Shown: piece by piece, positions 16,329-26,495 of the stretch | Layout of the letters: each line of letters opens with the position of its first letter | Position numbering within the stretch: the stretch's first letter is position 1 | Assembly: GCA_023247155.1 (NCBI GenBank) | Contig: JAHFGZ010000001.1 | Location: 20,540-63,362, forward strand | DNA: 42,823 nucleotides | Reading direction: 5' to 3' | Source: Candidatus Omnitrophota bacterium | Lineage (GTDB): Bacteria; Omnitrophota; Gorgyraeia; Aquiviventales; Aquiviventaceae | Notes under the pieces: model-generated | What the model saw: the letters and a program-made list of their open reading frames with translations, nothing else | The model's database searches: none | What the model was told of the DNA's origin: nothing | Position numbers and translations under genes: made by a program

Positions 16329-16600
16329 CAGGAGCGCCTCCCCCGCATCTTGTGCATCATGGCATCCACGATCCGCTGCTCGAACTGCCCCGCGGTGCTG
16401 ACCCCCTCGCCGGTCAGGTTGAGCCGCTTCAGCGCATTGACCATGGCGGCGAGGATCTGGGTCCTGGAGAGCTTCACCCCTGAGGAGAACTGGGCGTCCT
16501 TGCCCAGCTGATCGAGGTAATCCACCTGCTCGCGGTTGAGCGAGGCGATGACGCGATGGGCGTGACGGTGATTGCCGGTGTCTCGTGGCGATTGTCGCAT
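16328..16600 (-). CDS. small ribbon-helix-helix-like protein, translationally coupled to pilT
   Basis: 90 aa from ATG 16600. HRVIASLNREQVDYLDQLGKDAQFSSGVKLSRTQILAAMVNALKRL fits a strand-helix-helix pattern. Its TGA overlaps the pilT ATG (ATGA). Confidence 0.5.
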   Translation of the reverse strand: MRQSPRDTGNHRHAHRVIASLNREQVDYLDQLGKDAQFSSGVKLSRTQILAAMVNALKRLNLTGEGVSTAGQFEQRIVDAMMHKMRGRRS

Positions 16601-16619
16601 CGGTGACCGTTTCTGTTCC

Positions 16620-16658
16620 GGTGCCAGGCACTCCGCCTTCGGCGGAGAGCCAGGCACC
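16620..16658 (-). promoter_or_regulatory. long 5'-UTR hairpin between the riboswitch terminator and the first ORF
   Basis: Minus strand GGUGCCUGGC-U-CUCCGCC-GAAG-GGCGGAG-U-GCCUGGCACC, about 16 bp with one U.U mismatch. Ends 20 nt before the ATG at 16600. Confidence 0.5.
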
Positions 16659-16659
16659 G

Positions 16660-16695
16660 AAAAAAAGACAGACGGCCGGTGAAAAGGCCGTCTGT
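16660..16695 (-). terminator. intrinsic terminator (expression platform of the GEMM-I riboswitch)
   Basis: Minus strand ACAGACGGCC-UUUUCACC-GGCCGUCUGU, then C, then UUUUUUU. Confidence 0.8.
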
Positions 16696-16696
16696 T

Positions 16697-16795
16697 CGAT
16701 CCCGGTGGCAGCCCAACCATCCCCGCCGTGGGCGGGGACTTGCGGCTTTGCGCCCCCACGTCACCGTGGGTTTGCCCTTTTCACGCGGTCAATGT
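16697..16795 (-). promoter_or_regulatory. c-di-GMP class I (GEMM-I) riboswitch aptamer
   Basis: Minus strand ...GUGAAAAGGGCAAACC-CACG-GUGA-CGUG-GGGGCGCAAAGCC-GCAAGU-CCCCGC-CCACG-GCGGGG-AUGGUUG-GGCU... reproduces the GEMM-I hallmark GGCAAACC / GNRA-capped hairpin / GGGnCGCAAAGCC / second hairpin with a tetraloop-receptor-like internal loop. Confidence 0.75.
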
Positions 16796-16806
16796 CAAGC
16801 GCACCA

Positions 16807-16836
16807 ACTATACCACATGGCGCGAACCCGCATCAA
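16807..16836 (-). promoter_or_regulatory. sigma70-type promoter driving the riboswitch and pilus-motor operon
   Basis: Minus strand TTGATG (16836-16831), 18 nt, TGG-TATAGT (extended -10; hexamer 16812-16807). Confidence 0.55.
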
Positions 16837-16848
16837 GTCGACTTGATG
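16831..16848. promoter_or_regulatory. 18-bp perfect palindrome CATCAAGTCGACTTGATG overlapping the -35 (candidate operator)
   Basis: Perfect dyad. Its promoter-proximal half is the -35 hexamer itself. Confidence 0.4.
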
Positions 16849-16870
16849 AAAAAGGACATCGGGACATTTG

Positions 16871-17956
16871 TCACTCGTGCACTTCCCACCGGCGGAGGCT
16901 CTGGAGGAGGCCGAGGGCCATCCAGACGGTGATCATGGAGGATCCACCGTAGCTGATCAGCGGCAGCGGGACCCCCACGACCGGGACCAGCCCCATGACC
17001 ATCCCGATATTCACGAAGACCTGGTACCCGAGCCAGGCGCAGATCCCAGCCAGGAACAGGCGCCCCTGCGGGTCGGAGAGCTCCCGGGCGATATGGAGCG
17101 TGCGCCCCAGCAACATCCCGAACAGCGCCACGACGGCCGCGGAACCCGCGAACCCCCATTCCTCTCCGATGACCGAGAAGATGAAATCGGAGTGGCGCTC
17201 CGGCAGGAAGCTCAACTGGTTCTGGGTGCCCGCGAACCATCCGCGCCCCAGCCATTGGCCGGAGCCGATGGCGATGACGGACTGGATGATGGTATAGCCG
17301 GCCCCTAGCGGATCCGCATGGGGATTGACGAAGACGAGCAGGCGATCCCGCTGGTAGTCATGCAGCAGGTGCCAGCCGATGGGGAGGAGCGCCAGGAGCG
17401 ACGCGGCGATCCCCGTGAAGAGCCGGGGGGACCCACCCGCCATCCAGACCATCCCGACCCAGATCGCGCCGAAGATGGACGCGGAGCCGAGATCCGGCTG
17501 CAGGAAGATCAAGAGCGCCGGCACGGAGGCCATCAGCAGGGAGACCCCCACGGCCCGGAGCGGCAGCGGCCGGGGCTGCCCGGCCAGGTACCGGGCGAGC
17601 AGCGTAATCGTCGTCAGCTTCATGAGCTCCGACGGCTGCAGGCTCAACCCGAAGACCGAGAGCCAGCGGGTCGCGCCGAGGCGCACCGCGCCGGCGCCAA
17701 GGAGCAGCGCGAGCGCGGACACGGTCAGGCCGTAGGCCACCCCTGCGGCGTCCATCCACCGTTGGGGGGAGAGCCTGGCGACGACGAACGACAGGGCCAG
17801 CCCCAGCGCGATCCACGTCGCATGGCGCAGGCCCAGCTGGGGGTTCACGGCCGAGGTCGCGCTGCACATCGCCAGGCCCCCGAGGAAGGCCAGCGATGCC
17901 GCGGCGGCCAGCACGGTCCCATCCCAGGCGCGCGAGGAGCGGAGCGACAGCCTCAT
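16871..17956 (-). CDS. rodA: SEDS-family peptidoglycan glycosyltransferase RodA
   Basis: 361 aa from ATG 17956 (7 nt after the mrdA stop). Polytopic membrane protein with C-terminal signature PLPLISYGGSSMITVWMALG. The track ORF extension to 18472 overlaps mrdA out of frame. Confidence 0.9.
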   Translation of the reverse strand: MRLSLRSSRAWDGTVLAAAASLAFLGGLAMCSATSAVNPQLGLRHATWIALGLALSFVVARLSPQRWMDAAGVAYGLTVSALALLLGAGAVRLGATRWLSVFGLSLQPSELMKLTTITLLARYLAGQPRPLPLRAVGVSLLMASVPALLIFLQPDLGSASIFGAIWVGMVWMAGGSPRLFTGIAASLLALLPIGWHLLHDYQRDRLLVFVNPHADPLGAGYTIIQSVIAIGSGQWLGRGWFAGTQNQLSFLPERHSDFIFSVIGEEWGFAGSAAVVALFGMLLGRTLHIARELSDPQGRLFLAGICAWLGYQVFVNIGMVMGLVPVVGVPLPLISYGGSSMITVWMALGLLQSLRRWEVHE

Positions 17957-17963
17957 CGCCACG

Positions 17964-19661
17964 CTAGAGCGCCTCCGGCGCCGCCACGTACTCGCAGACG
18001 CTTCTGGCGATCTCCGCCGGGAGGTCTCCGCCGGAGCCGCCGTACTCGGCGAGGACGGCCATCGCCGCGCGCGGATGGTCGACAGGGCAAAACCCCACGA
18101 ACCAGCCGTGGGTCTTGCCGGGGAGATGGGTCTGCGCCGTGCCCGTCTTGCCCGCGACGCTGACGAGGGGGCTGAACGCCCGATGGCCGGTGCCGTTGGG
18201 ATCCTGGACCACCGCCTCCATCCCGGCGCGCACCACCTCAAGCGTCTCCGGGGACCAGGGGATCCGCCGCCGGGACGGCCGACGGGGCAGCGGCCGATGG
18301 TCGATCTCCCGCACCACCCATGGTTCCACCGCCCAGCCGTGGTTGGCGAAGGCCGCCGCCATGACCGCGCCCTGCAACACCGTGACCAGCACCTCCCCCT
18401 GGCCCATCGCCAGCATGGCCACTTCCCCTTCCGTGAGATGTCGATCGGGCAGATGCCCGCGCTGCTCCTCAAGCGGCCATCCCGTCCGCCGGGAGAACCC
18501 GACCGCTTCGAGGGCCGCGCGCAGGCGCTTCAGCCCCAGCCGCCGGCCGACCTGCATGAAGTACACGTTGCAGGACTGCACGAGCGCGTCCCGCAACGTC
18601 ATCGGCCCATGGCCGTCCAGATTCCAGCAATGGAAGACCCGATCGCCGATCGTGAGCGACCCCGGGCACCCCATCGTGGTCGCTGGGGTGATCACGTGCG
18701 CCTCCAAGGCGGCGGACGCGGTGACCAGCTTGAGGATCGAGCCCGGCAGGTACACCCCGACCGTCGCCCGGTTCATCAACGGCGCCCGCGGATCGTCGAG
18801 CAGCGACCGGACGACGCTCGTGTTTGGCCCGATGAACGCTTCCGGAGGGAACGCCGGCACGCTGACCATCGCCAGCACCTCGCCGGTCTCCGGGTCGAGG
18901 ACCACGCACCCGCCCGGCTGCGTCCCGAACGCCTGTTCGATGAGCGACTGGAGCGGCGCGTCGAGGGCCAGGGTGACCTGAGCGCCGGCTTCCGGCGCGC
19001 GCCGCCCGATCACCCGGACCTGCCTGGCGCGATGGTCGACCTCCACCATGAGGCCGCCTGGTCGCCCGCGCAGCTCCTGATCCAGCAACCGTTCGAGGCC
19101 GGTCCGCCCCACGAGGTGCTGCGGGCGGACGCCGTACGGCTTGAGGGCCGGGAGCTCCTCAGCGGTGGGCTGACTCAGGTACCCCAGGAGGTGCGCGGCG
19201 CTCGATCCCCCGGGGTAATGCCGGACCGTTTCCGGCTTCACCAGGAGCCCCGGAAACTTCCACCGCGTCTCCTCGAGGCGAATCGCCACGTCCTTGGGGA
19301 CATACGACACCACGGTGGCCGGCATGAAGGCCAGGCTCCGCTCGCGTCGGTACTCGCGTTTCAGGGCATCGGGCGGCCGGTGGGCGAGGGCGCTGACGTG
19401 CTGGATGACCGCGGGGAAGTCCTCCAGTTCCTGCGGCACGATGGCCACGCGAAAGACGGTCTGGTTGGAGGCCAGGAGGCGCCCGCGTCGATCGACGATG
19501 AGCCCCCGAGGGGCCGGCTCGGGCACGAGCCGCAGGCGGTTCTGTTCGGCGAGCCGGCGGTAGTACGCGCCCCGGACCAGCTGCAGGTGCGCGAGCCGGA
19601 CCACCAGCAGCCCCAGCGCCAGGAAGAGGATGACCTGCAGCCGGACGAACCGAGCCGTCAT
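17964..19661 (-). CDS. mrdA: penicillin-binding protein 2 (elongasome transpeptidase)
   Basis: 565 aa. N-terminal TM, SxxK (GSILK), SxN (QSCN) and KTG (GKTGTAQ) motifs. Located between mreD and rodA. Confidence 0.92.
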   Translation of the reverse strand: MTARFVRLQVILFLALGLLVVRLAHLQLVRGAYYRRLAEQNRLRLVPEPAPRGLIVDRRGRLLASNQTVFRVAIVPQELEDFPAVIQHVSALAHRPPDALKREYRRERSLAFMPATVVSYVPKDVAIRLEETRWKFPGLLVKPETVRHYPGGSSAAHLLGYLSQPTAEELPALKPYGVRPQHLVGRTGLERLLDQELRGRPGGLMVEVDHRARQVRVIGRRAPEAGAQVTLALDAPLQSLIEQAFGTQPGGCVVLDPETGEVLAMVSVPAFPPEAFIGPNTSVVRSLLDDPRAPLMNRATVGVYLPGSILKLVTASAALEAHVITPATTMGCPGSLTIGDRVFHCWNLDGHGPMTLRDALVQSCNVYFMQVGRRLGLKRLRAALEAVGFSRRTGWPLEEQRGHLPDRHLTEGEVAMLAMGQGEVLVTVLQGAVMAAAFANHGWAVEPWVVREIDHRPLPRRPSRRRIPWSPETLEVVRAGMEAVVQDPNGTGHRAFSPLVSVAGKTGTAQTHLPGKTHGWFVGFCPVDHPRAAMAVLAEYGGSGGDLPAEIARSVCEYVAAPEAL

Positions 19662-20083
19662 CGTAGGGCAATCCGGCGGACCAGGGGGAGCGCAGCGCAG
19701 GTCATCGCCACGTGGGCGCTGGCCAGCCCCGCCAGCGGCAGCGACCAGAGATCATGGAGCCAGAGCGAACCGAAGGTCATGAAGGCGGCGGCCCACCCCA
19801 GCAGGACCAGCTGCACCTTGGCATCGGCCGCGTCCCAGCGCCTGCCCAACGCCTGCGCGGTCCATCCGACCGCCAGGTAGCCGACGAGGAGCGGCACATG
19901 GAACCGAACCGCCCAGAGGACAGTCCATAGCCCCGCGATCCCCGAGAGGACCAGCCACCGCCGTGGCGAGCGAACGACCGCCAAGACCAGGCCTACCAGC
20001 GTCAGGTCGGGCACCCACCACGGCCACGGGATCAGCTGGACCATCACGGCGTGAACGAGGAGGCAGCCAAGCAGCAGGGCCAT
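19658..20083 (-). CDS. mreD: rod shape-determining protein MreD
   Basis: 141 aa, very hydrophobic. Position after mreC, with a TAATG overlap with mreC and an ATGA overlap with mrdA. Confidence 0.75.
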   Translation of the reverse strand: MALLLGCLLVHAVMVQLIPWPWWVPDLTLVGLVLAVVRSPRRWLVLSGIAGLWTVLWAVRFHVPLLVGYLAVGWTAQALGRRWDAADAKVQLVLLGWAAAFMTFGSLWLHDLWSLPLAGLASAHVAMTCAALPLVRRIALR

Positions 20084-20862
20084 TAGAGTCCGTCCGGTGA
20101 CAGGCAGAGGACTTCTTCCAACCGGCCCAGGCGCGCCGCCGGCGCGACGGAGGCCCAGGACGCCCCGACCTGCTCATCCCGCGTGACCCGGACCACCGTC
20201 CCGAGCGGCACGCCTTTCGGGAACGGGCCCCCGAGGCCAGCCGTCACGATCCGGTCCCCTTCCTGGATATCCGCGTCCGCATCGAGATAGAGCAGCTCAC
20301 AGCGCCCCCGCCCGCGGCCCACGAGCAACCCGGTCTCACGGGAACGCTCCACGAGCCCCGCGACGCGGCTCTCCGGATCCGTCAGGAGCGTCACCAGGGC
20401 GGTCGTGGCGTGCAGTTCGGTCACGCGGCCGACCAGGCCGGACGTGTCCAGGATCACGCTCTCCCGGCTGAGGCCCTGGCGCTGGCCCTGGTCCAACAGG
20501 ACCGTCTGTTGGGTCGGAATGGTGGAGCGGCCGATGACGAGCGCGACGAGGCCCCGGCGGCTGGGCGGGATCGCCTCGAGCAGCCGACCGGTCTGCTGGA
20601 CATGGCGCAGCGCCTCGCGCAGCCGGGCCTCCTCCACCTGCTGCTGCAGCAGCTCGGCCTGGAGGCCGGCGTGCTGGCGAGCCAGGGAGGGCAGCTGGGG
20701 GAGGCCGACGAGCACGGCCACGCCGGTCTTCGCGATGACAAACGGCAACCGGAGGACGGTGAGGGCGCTGTGTCGAAGCGGATCGAGGAAGACCAGCGAC
20801 GCCCCCACGAGGATCACGCTTACGAGCCTCGCGCGGGGCAGGTGGCGAGCAAACAACGACAT
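20083..20862 (-). CDS. mreC: rod shape-determining protein MreC
   Basis: 259 aa. N-terminal TM, a coiled coil, and beta-domains with GDRIVTAGLGGPFPKGVPLGTV typical of MreC. Confidence 0.9.
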   Translation of the reverse strand: MSLFARHLPRARLVSVILVGASLVFLDPLRHSALTVLRLPFVIAKTGVAVLVGLPQLPSLARQHAGLQAELLQQQVEEARLREALRHVQQTGRLLEAIPPSRRGLVALVIGRSTIPTQQTVLLDQGQRQGLSRESVILDTSGLVGRVTELHATTALVTLLTDPESRVAGLVERSRETGLLVGRGRGRCELLYLDADADIQEGDRIVTAGLGGPFPKGVPLGTVVRVTRDEQVGASWASVAPAARLGRLEEVLCLSPDGL

Positions 20863-20882
20863 GTCCTAGCCGCTCGCGCGTC

Positions 20883-20930
20883 AACGTACCAGGTACTTCG
20901 CAAAGCGGGAAAAGTGCCCGGTACTTCTTC
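20883..20930 (+). repeat. junction palindromic repeats, family 2 (two units) between mreB and mreC
   Basis: CGTACCAGGTACTTCGCAAAGCGGGAAAAGTGCCCGGTACTTCTTCG is about 85-90% identical by eye to the reverse complement of the 42428-42506 array. Confidence 0.7.
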
Positions 20931-20931
20931 G

Positions 20932-22014
20932 CTAGAGCTCGGCCCGGGTCGAGACGGCGATCCGGCTGCGGAGGTACCGGATGTTGTCGAGCCCTTTCCC
21001 CACCCCGATCACCACCGCGGTCATGGGGCTGTCCGCGATGTGGACGGGCAGGCTGGTCTCTTCGGCGAGCAGCCTGTCCAGCCCCCGCAGGAGCGAGCCG
21101 CCGCCCGCGAGCACGATCCCCCGGTCGATGAGGTCGGCGGAGAGCTCCGGCGGGGTCTTTTCCAGCGTCTGGCGGGCCGCGTCCACGATGGCGCGGATCG
21201 GCTCCGAGAGCGCCTCGCGGACCTCTTCCGACGTGATGGTCACGGTCTTGGGCAGGCCGGTCACCATGTCGCGGCCGCGGACCTCCATGGTGAGCTCCTC
21301 GTCCAGGGGGTAGGCCGAGCCGATGCGGATCTTGATCTCCTCGGCGGTCCGCTCGCCGATCATCAGGTTGTAGGCCTTGCGGAGGTGCTCGATGACGGCC
21401 TGGTCCATCTCATCCCCCGCGATCCGGATGGAGCGCGAGACCACGATGCCGTCGAGGGAGATCACCGCCATCTCGGTCGTCCCCCCGCCGATGTCGACGA
21501 TCATGTTCCCGCCCGGCTCATGGATGGGCAGGCCGACCCCGATCGCCGCCGCCTTCGGCTCCTCGACGAGGAAGACCTCGCGGGCGCCGGCGCGCAGCGC
21601 CGAATCCCGCACGGCCCGCTTCTCCACCTCGGTGATGCCGGAGGGGATGGCGATGACGACGAGCGGCTTGTTCAGCTTCCGCGGCTGGACCTTCTTGATG
21701 AAGTAGCGGAGCATCGCCTCGGTGATCTCGAAATCGGCGATGACCCCGTCCTTCATCGGCCGGATGGCGGAGATGTTCCCCGGCGTGCGGCCGATCATCC
21801 GCTTGGCCTCGTTGCCCACCGCCAGCACCTGGGAGGAGCCCCGCTGGATGGCCACCACGGACGGCTCGCACAGCACGGTGCCCCGTCCCTTGACGAACAC
21901 GAGGCTGTTGGCGGTGCCGAGGTCGATGGCGATGTCGTTCGAAAACAGCCCGAGCACGAAATGGGAGGAGGTCTGGACGGCGTCCCTCAGGCGTTGGAGG
22001 AAGGGTGTCGGCAT
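20932..22014 (-). CDS. mreB: rod shape-determining actin homologue MreB
   Basis: 360 aa. [41 protein letters not shown]. Confidence 0.97.
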   Translation of the reverse strand: MPTPFLQRLRDAVQTSSHFVLGLFSNDIAIDLGTANSLVFVKGRGTVLCEPSVVAIQRGSSQVLAVGNEAKRMIGRTPGNISAIRPMKDGVIADFEITEAMLRYFIKKVQPRKLNKPLVVIAIPSGITEVEKRAVRDSALRAGAREVFLVEEPKAAAIGVGLPIHEPGGNMIVDIGGGTTEMAVISLDGIVVSRSIRIAGDEMDQAVIEHLRKAYNLMIGERTAEEIKIRIGSAYPLDEELTMEVRGRDMVTGLPKTVTITSEEVREALSEPIRAIVDAARQTLEKTPPELSADLIDRGIVLAGGGSLLRGLDRLLAEETSLPVHIADSPMTAVVIGVGKGLDNIRYLRSRIAVSTRAEL

Positions 22015-22026
22015 GCAGGTGCGCCC

Positions 22027-22055
22027 ATCGTAACAAAGAGGCTATCCCTTGTCAA
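22027..22055 (-). promoter_or_regulatory. possible promoter for mreB embedded in the aroA 3' end
   Basis: Minus strand TTGACA (22055-22050), 17 nt, TACGAT (22032-22027). It would give a very short mreB leader, and the -10 is only moderate. Confidence 0.3.
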
Positions 22056-23373
22056 CCGTTTTCACCGTCGGGGAACCGGCCGCTCGCCGCAGGAAATCGA
22101 AGAATTCCGGAAAGGATTTGGCCACGCACTCGACCCCCCGGACGGTCGTGGCCCCATCGGCGACCAGGCCGGCGACGGCCAGGCTCATCGCGGTGCGGTG
22201 GTCGCCGGCGCTGTCCACCACGGCCCCGCGCAGCCGCCCGCCTTCGAGCTCCACGCCCTCTGCCGCGCCCAGGCGGATGCGCAGGCCGAGGCGCCCTAGG
22301 GCAACGACCATGGAGCGGACGCGATCCGTCTCCTTGACGCGCAGCTCCCCCAGGCCCTGCAGGCGGGTGGTCCCCCGGGCGCAGGCGGCGGCCACCATCA
22401 GGATGGGCAGCTCGTCAATGAGGCCCGGCACATCCGCGGCCTCGAGGACCAGGCCCTGCAGCGGGCCCGCCTCGAGCTCCACCGTTCCCCGGGGCTCCCA
22501 CGACGCCTCGGTCACGGTCCAGCGCACCGCCGCCCCCATGCGCTGGAGGATCTCCAGCAGGCGGATGCGGGTGGGGTTGAGCCCCACGCCCTGAAGCGTC
22601 ATCCGCGACCCGGGCACGCAGGCGGCGGCGACGAGCAGGAACGCCGCGCTGGAGAAATCCCCGGGCAGCACGAGCGGGCCGGGCGATCGCAACGGACTGG
22701 GCTCGACGGTCACCGCGCGCCCCTCCCGGCGCACCCGGGCCCCGTAGTGGCGCAGCATCCGTTCGGTGTGGTCCCGGGTCGCCTGCGGCTCGATCACCGT
22801 CGTCGGGCCGTCCGCCCACACCCCCGCCAGGAGGATCGCGGATTTCACCTGGGCGCTGGCTACGGGCAGCTCATACCGGAGGGCGCGGAGCGGGCGGCGG
22901 CCGTGCACGGTGAGCGGCGGGCGCATCTCCTCGCCCGTCTCGGCCGACGCAGCCGCCTCGATCCGCGCGCCCATCCGGGTGAGCGGCTCAACGATCCGCC
23001 GCATGGGCCGCCGGCTCAAGGACGGACCGGCGGTGAGCCGCGCCGAGAACGGCTGGCCGGCCAGCAGCCCGGCGGCAAGGCGCAGCGTCGTGCCTGACTC
23101 GCCGCAGAAGAGGTCCGGGCCGGGAGCGCGCAACCCCTCCGGTCCCGCGCCGCGGATCCGGGCCGCCTCGGGGGAGGCGGCGACCGACACCCCGAGCTGC
23201 TGCACCAGGTGGAGGGTCCGCTGGCAGTCCTCCGCCGACGGCCAGGGACGGATGTCCGTCTCGCCCTCCGCCGCCGCTGCCAGGAGCACCGCCCGGTGGC
23301 AGATCGCCTTATCGGGAGGAACGGTCAGGGTCCCGCGGAGCGGATGGTGGGCTGGGCTGATAATCGCGTCCAT
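22042..23373 (-). CDS. aroA: 3-phosphoshikimate 1-carboxyvinyltransferase (EPSP synthase)
   Basis: 443 aa. LRGTLTVPPDKAICHRAVLLAA, GESGTTLRLAAGLLAG, DHRTAMSLAVAGL. Confidence 0.95.
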   Translation of the reverse strand: MDAIISPAHHPLRGTLTVPPDKAICHRAVLLAAAAEGETDIRPWPSAEDCQRTLHLVQQLGVSVAASPEAARIRGAGPEGLRAPGPDLFCGESGTTLRLAAGLLAGQPFSARLTAGPSLSRRPMRRIVEPLTRMGARIEAAASAETGEEMRPPLTVHGRRPLRALRYELPVASAQVKSAILLAGVWADGPTTVIEPQATRDHTERMLRHYGARVRREGRAVTVEPSPLRSPGPLVLPGDFSSAAFLLVAAACVPGSRMTLQGVGLNPTRIRLLEILQRMGAAVRWTVTEASWEPRGTVELEAGPLQGLVLEAADVPGLIDELPILMVAAACARGTTRLQGLGELRVKETDRVRSMVVALGRLGLRIRLGAAEGVELEGGRLRGAVVDSAGDHRTAMSLAVAGLVADGATTVRGVECVAKSFPEFFDFLRRAAGSPTVKTVDKG

Positions 23374-23379
23374 GGAGAG

Positions 23380-23400
23380 AAAAACCCCCCTCGCGGGGGG
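23380..23400 (-). terminator. short GC hairpin plus T-run directly upstream of the aroA start (terminator-like)
   Basis: Minus strand CCCCCC-GCGA-GGGGGG followed by TTTTTCTCTCC and then the ATG of aroA. Lies 66 nt after the stop of the upstream coiled-coil gene. Confidence 0.45.
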
Positions 23401-23465
23401 TGTGCGACACGGAACTCACACGCGCCTGGGTGGCGGGCAGCTCAGGGCGTTCGCCTCGCCGGGCG

Positions 23466-25256
<1,791 letters not shown>

Positions 25257-25260
<4 letters not shown>

Positions 25261-26471
25261 TTGATGGCATCCGCTAGCGCATCAACGAGCGTCTCGATCT
25301 GCGCCTCGGTGTGGAGCGCGGTGACGCTCAGGCGCAGCCGGGCCGTGCCCTCCGGCACCGTCGGGGGACGGATGGCCGGCGCCCAGCAGCCCCGCTCCCA
25401 GAGCCGACGGGCCACCTCCACCGCCCGCACCGTGGAGCCCAGGACGAGCGGGACGATGTGGGAGGCTGCCCGCTCGGCCGTGGCGGGCAGCCGCAGCTTC
25501 GCGAGGCGCTCCTGCAAGCGCCTGGCCCTCCGGTGAAGCACCTCGCGCCGCGCCGGCTCCTCCGCGAGCACGCGCAACGCCGCGACCGCGGCGGCCGCCA
25601 CGGGCACCGCGAGCGCCGTGGTATAGAGGAAGGTCCGCGCTCGGTTGTGCAGGTAGTCGATCAGCGGGGCGGGTCCGACGACGAACCCGCCCTGAGCGCC
25701 CAACCCCTTGCCGAGCGTCGCCATATAGAGGAAGCGCTCGTGCGGCACGCCCGCCGCCTCAGGCGTGCCGCGCCCGGTGGCGCCCACCACGAACGCGCCG
25801 TGGGCGTCGTCGACATAGAGGAGCGTCTCATGGGAGTCGGCCAGGTCCGCGAGGTCGGCCAGCGGGCAGGCGTCCCCCTCCATACTGAAAACGCCCTCGG
25901 TCACCACCAGGCGCCGCCGGGCCCCACCCGCGCGCGCGAGGAGTGCCGCCAGGTGTGAGAGGTCGTTGTGGCGGAAGACGCGCAGGGTGGCCGGCGTGCG
26001 CCGGATGGCATCGACGAGGCTCGCGTGCGCCAGGCGATCCACGAAGACCGCATCCCTGGACGAGAGCAGGGCGCCCAGCGTGCCCAGGTTGGCCAGGTAG
26101 CCGCTGGGATAGACGATGGCGGCGTCCGTCCCGCACCACGCCGCCAGCCCCTCTTCAAGGCGGGCGTGCCACCGCGTGGAGCCGGCGAGCAGCCGGGAGG
26201 CGCGGGCGCCAACCCCCCACTCGCGGGCGGCCGAGGCAGCAGCTTCCGCGAGCGCCGGATGGGCCGCCAAGCCGAGGTAGTCGTTGGAGCACCAGGTGAG
26301 GAGCCGGCGGCCGCCGATCTCCACCCACGGGCCGTCGACACGGTCCACCACGGTGAGGCGGCGGCGCAGCGCGCGGTCGTCAAGCGCCCGGAGCTCGCCG
26401 GAGAGGTCATCCAGGAGCCGCTCCTGCGTGGAGGGCAGCGTGGACGCGGAAGGCACCGTGAGACGGGTCAT
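25257..26471 (-). CDS. bioF: 8-amino-7-oxononanoate synthase
   Basis: 404 aa, class-II aminotransferase fold. PLP-lysine context ATLGKGLGAQGG. Next to bioD. Confidence 0.9.
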
Positions 26472-26495
26472 GCGGCGGCGCCCGCGAGGTAACGG

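Noticed and set aside
16831-16848. Palindrome CATCAAGTCGACTTGATG as the rodA terminator.
   Set aside because: On the transcribed (minus) strand the T-run precedes the hairpin rather than following it. It overlaps a good -35/-10 pair instead, so it is interpreted as a promoter/operator.
20883-20930. Family-2 / GTGTCAGACAC dyads as operators of the LacI-family regulator at 27556-28560.
   Set aside because: LacI-family operators are normally even-length dyads centred on CG. These are odd-length dyads centred on a single base and occur at intra-operon gene junctions rather than promoters. The link is untested and was not adopted.
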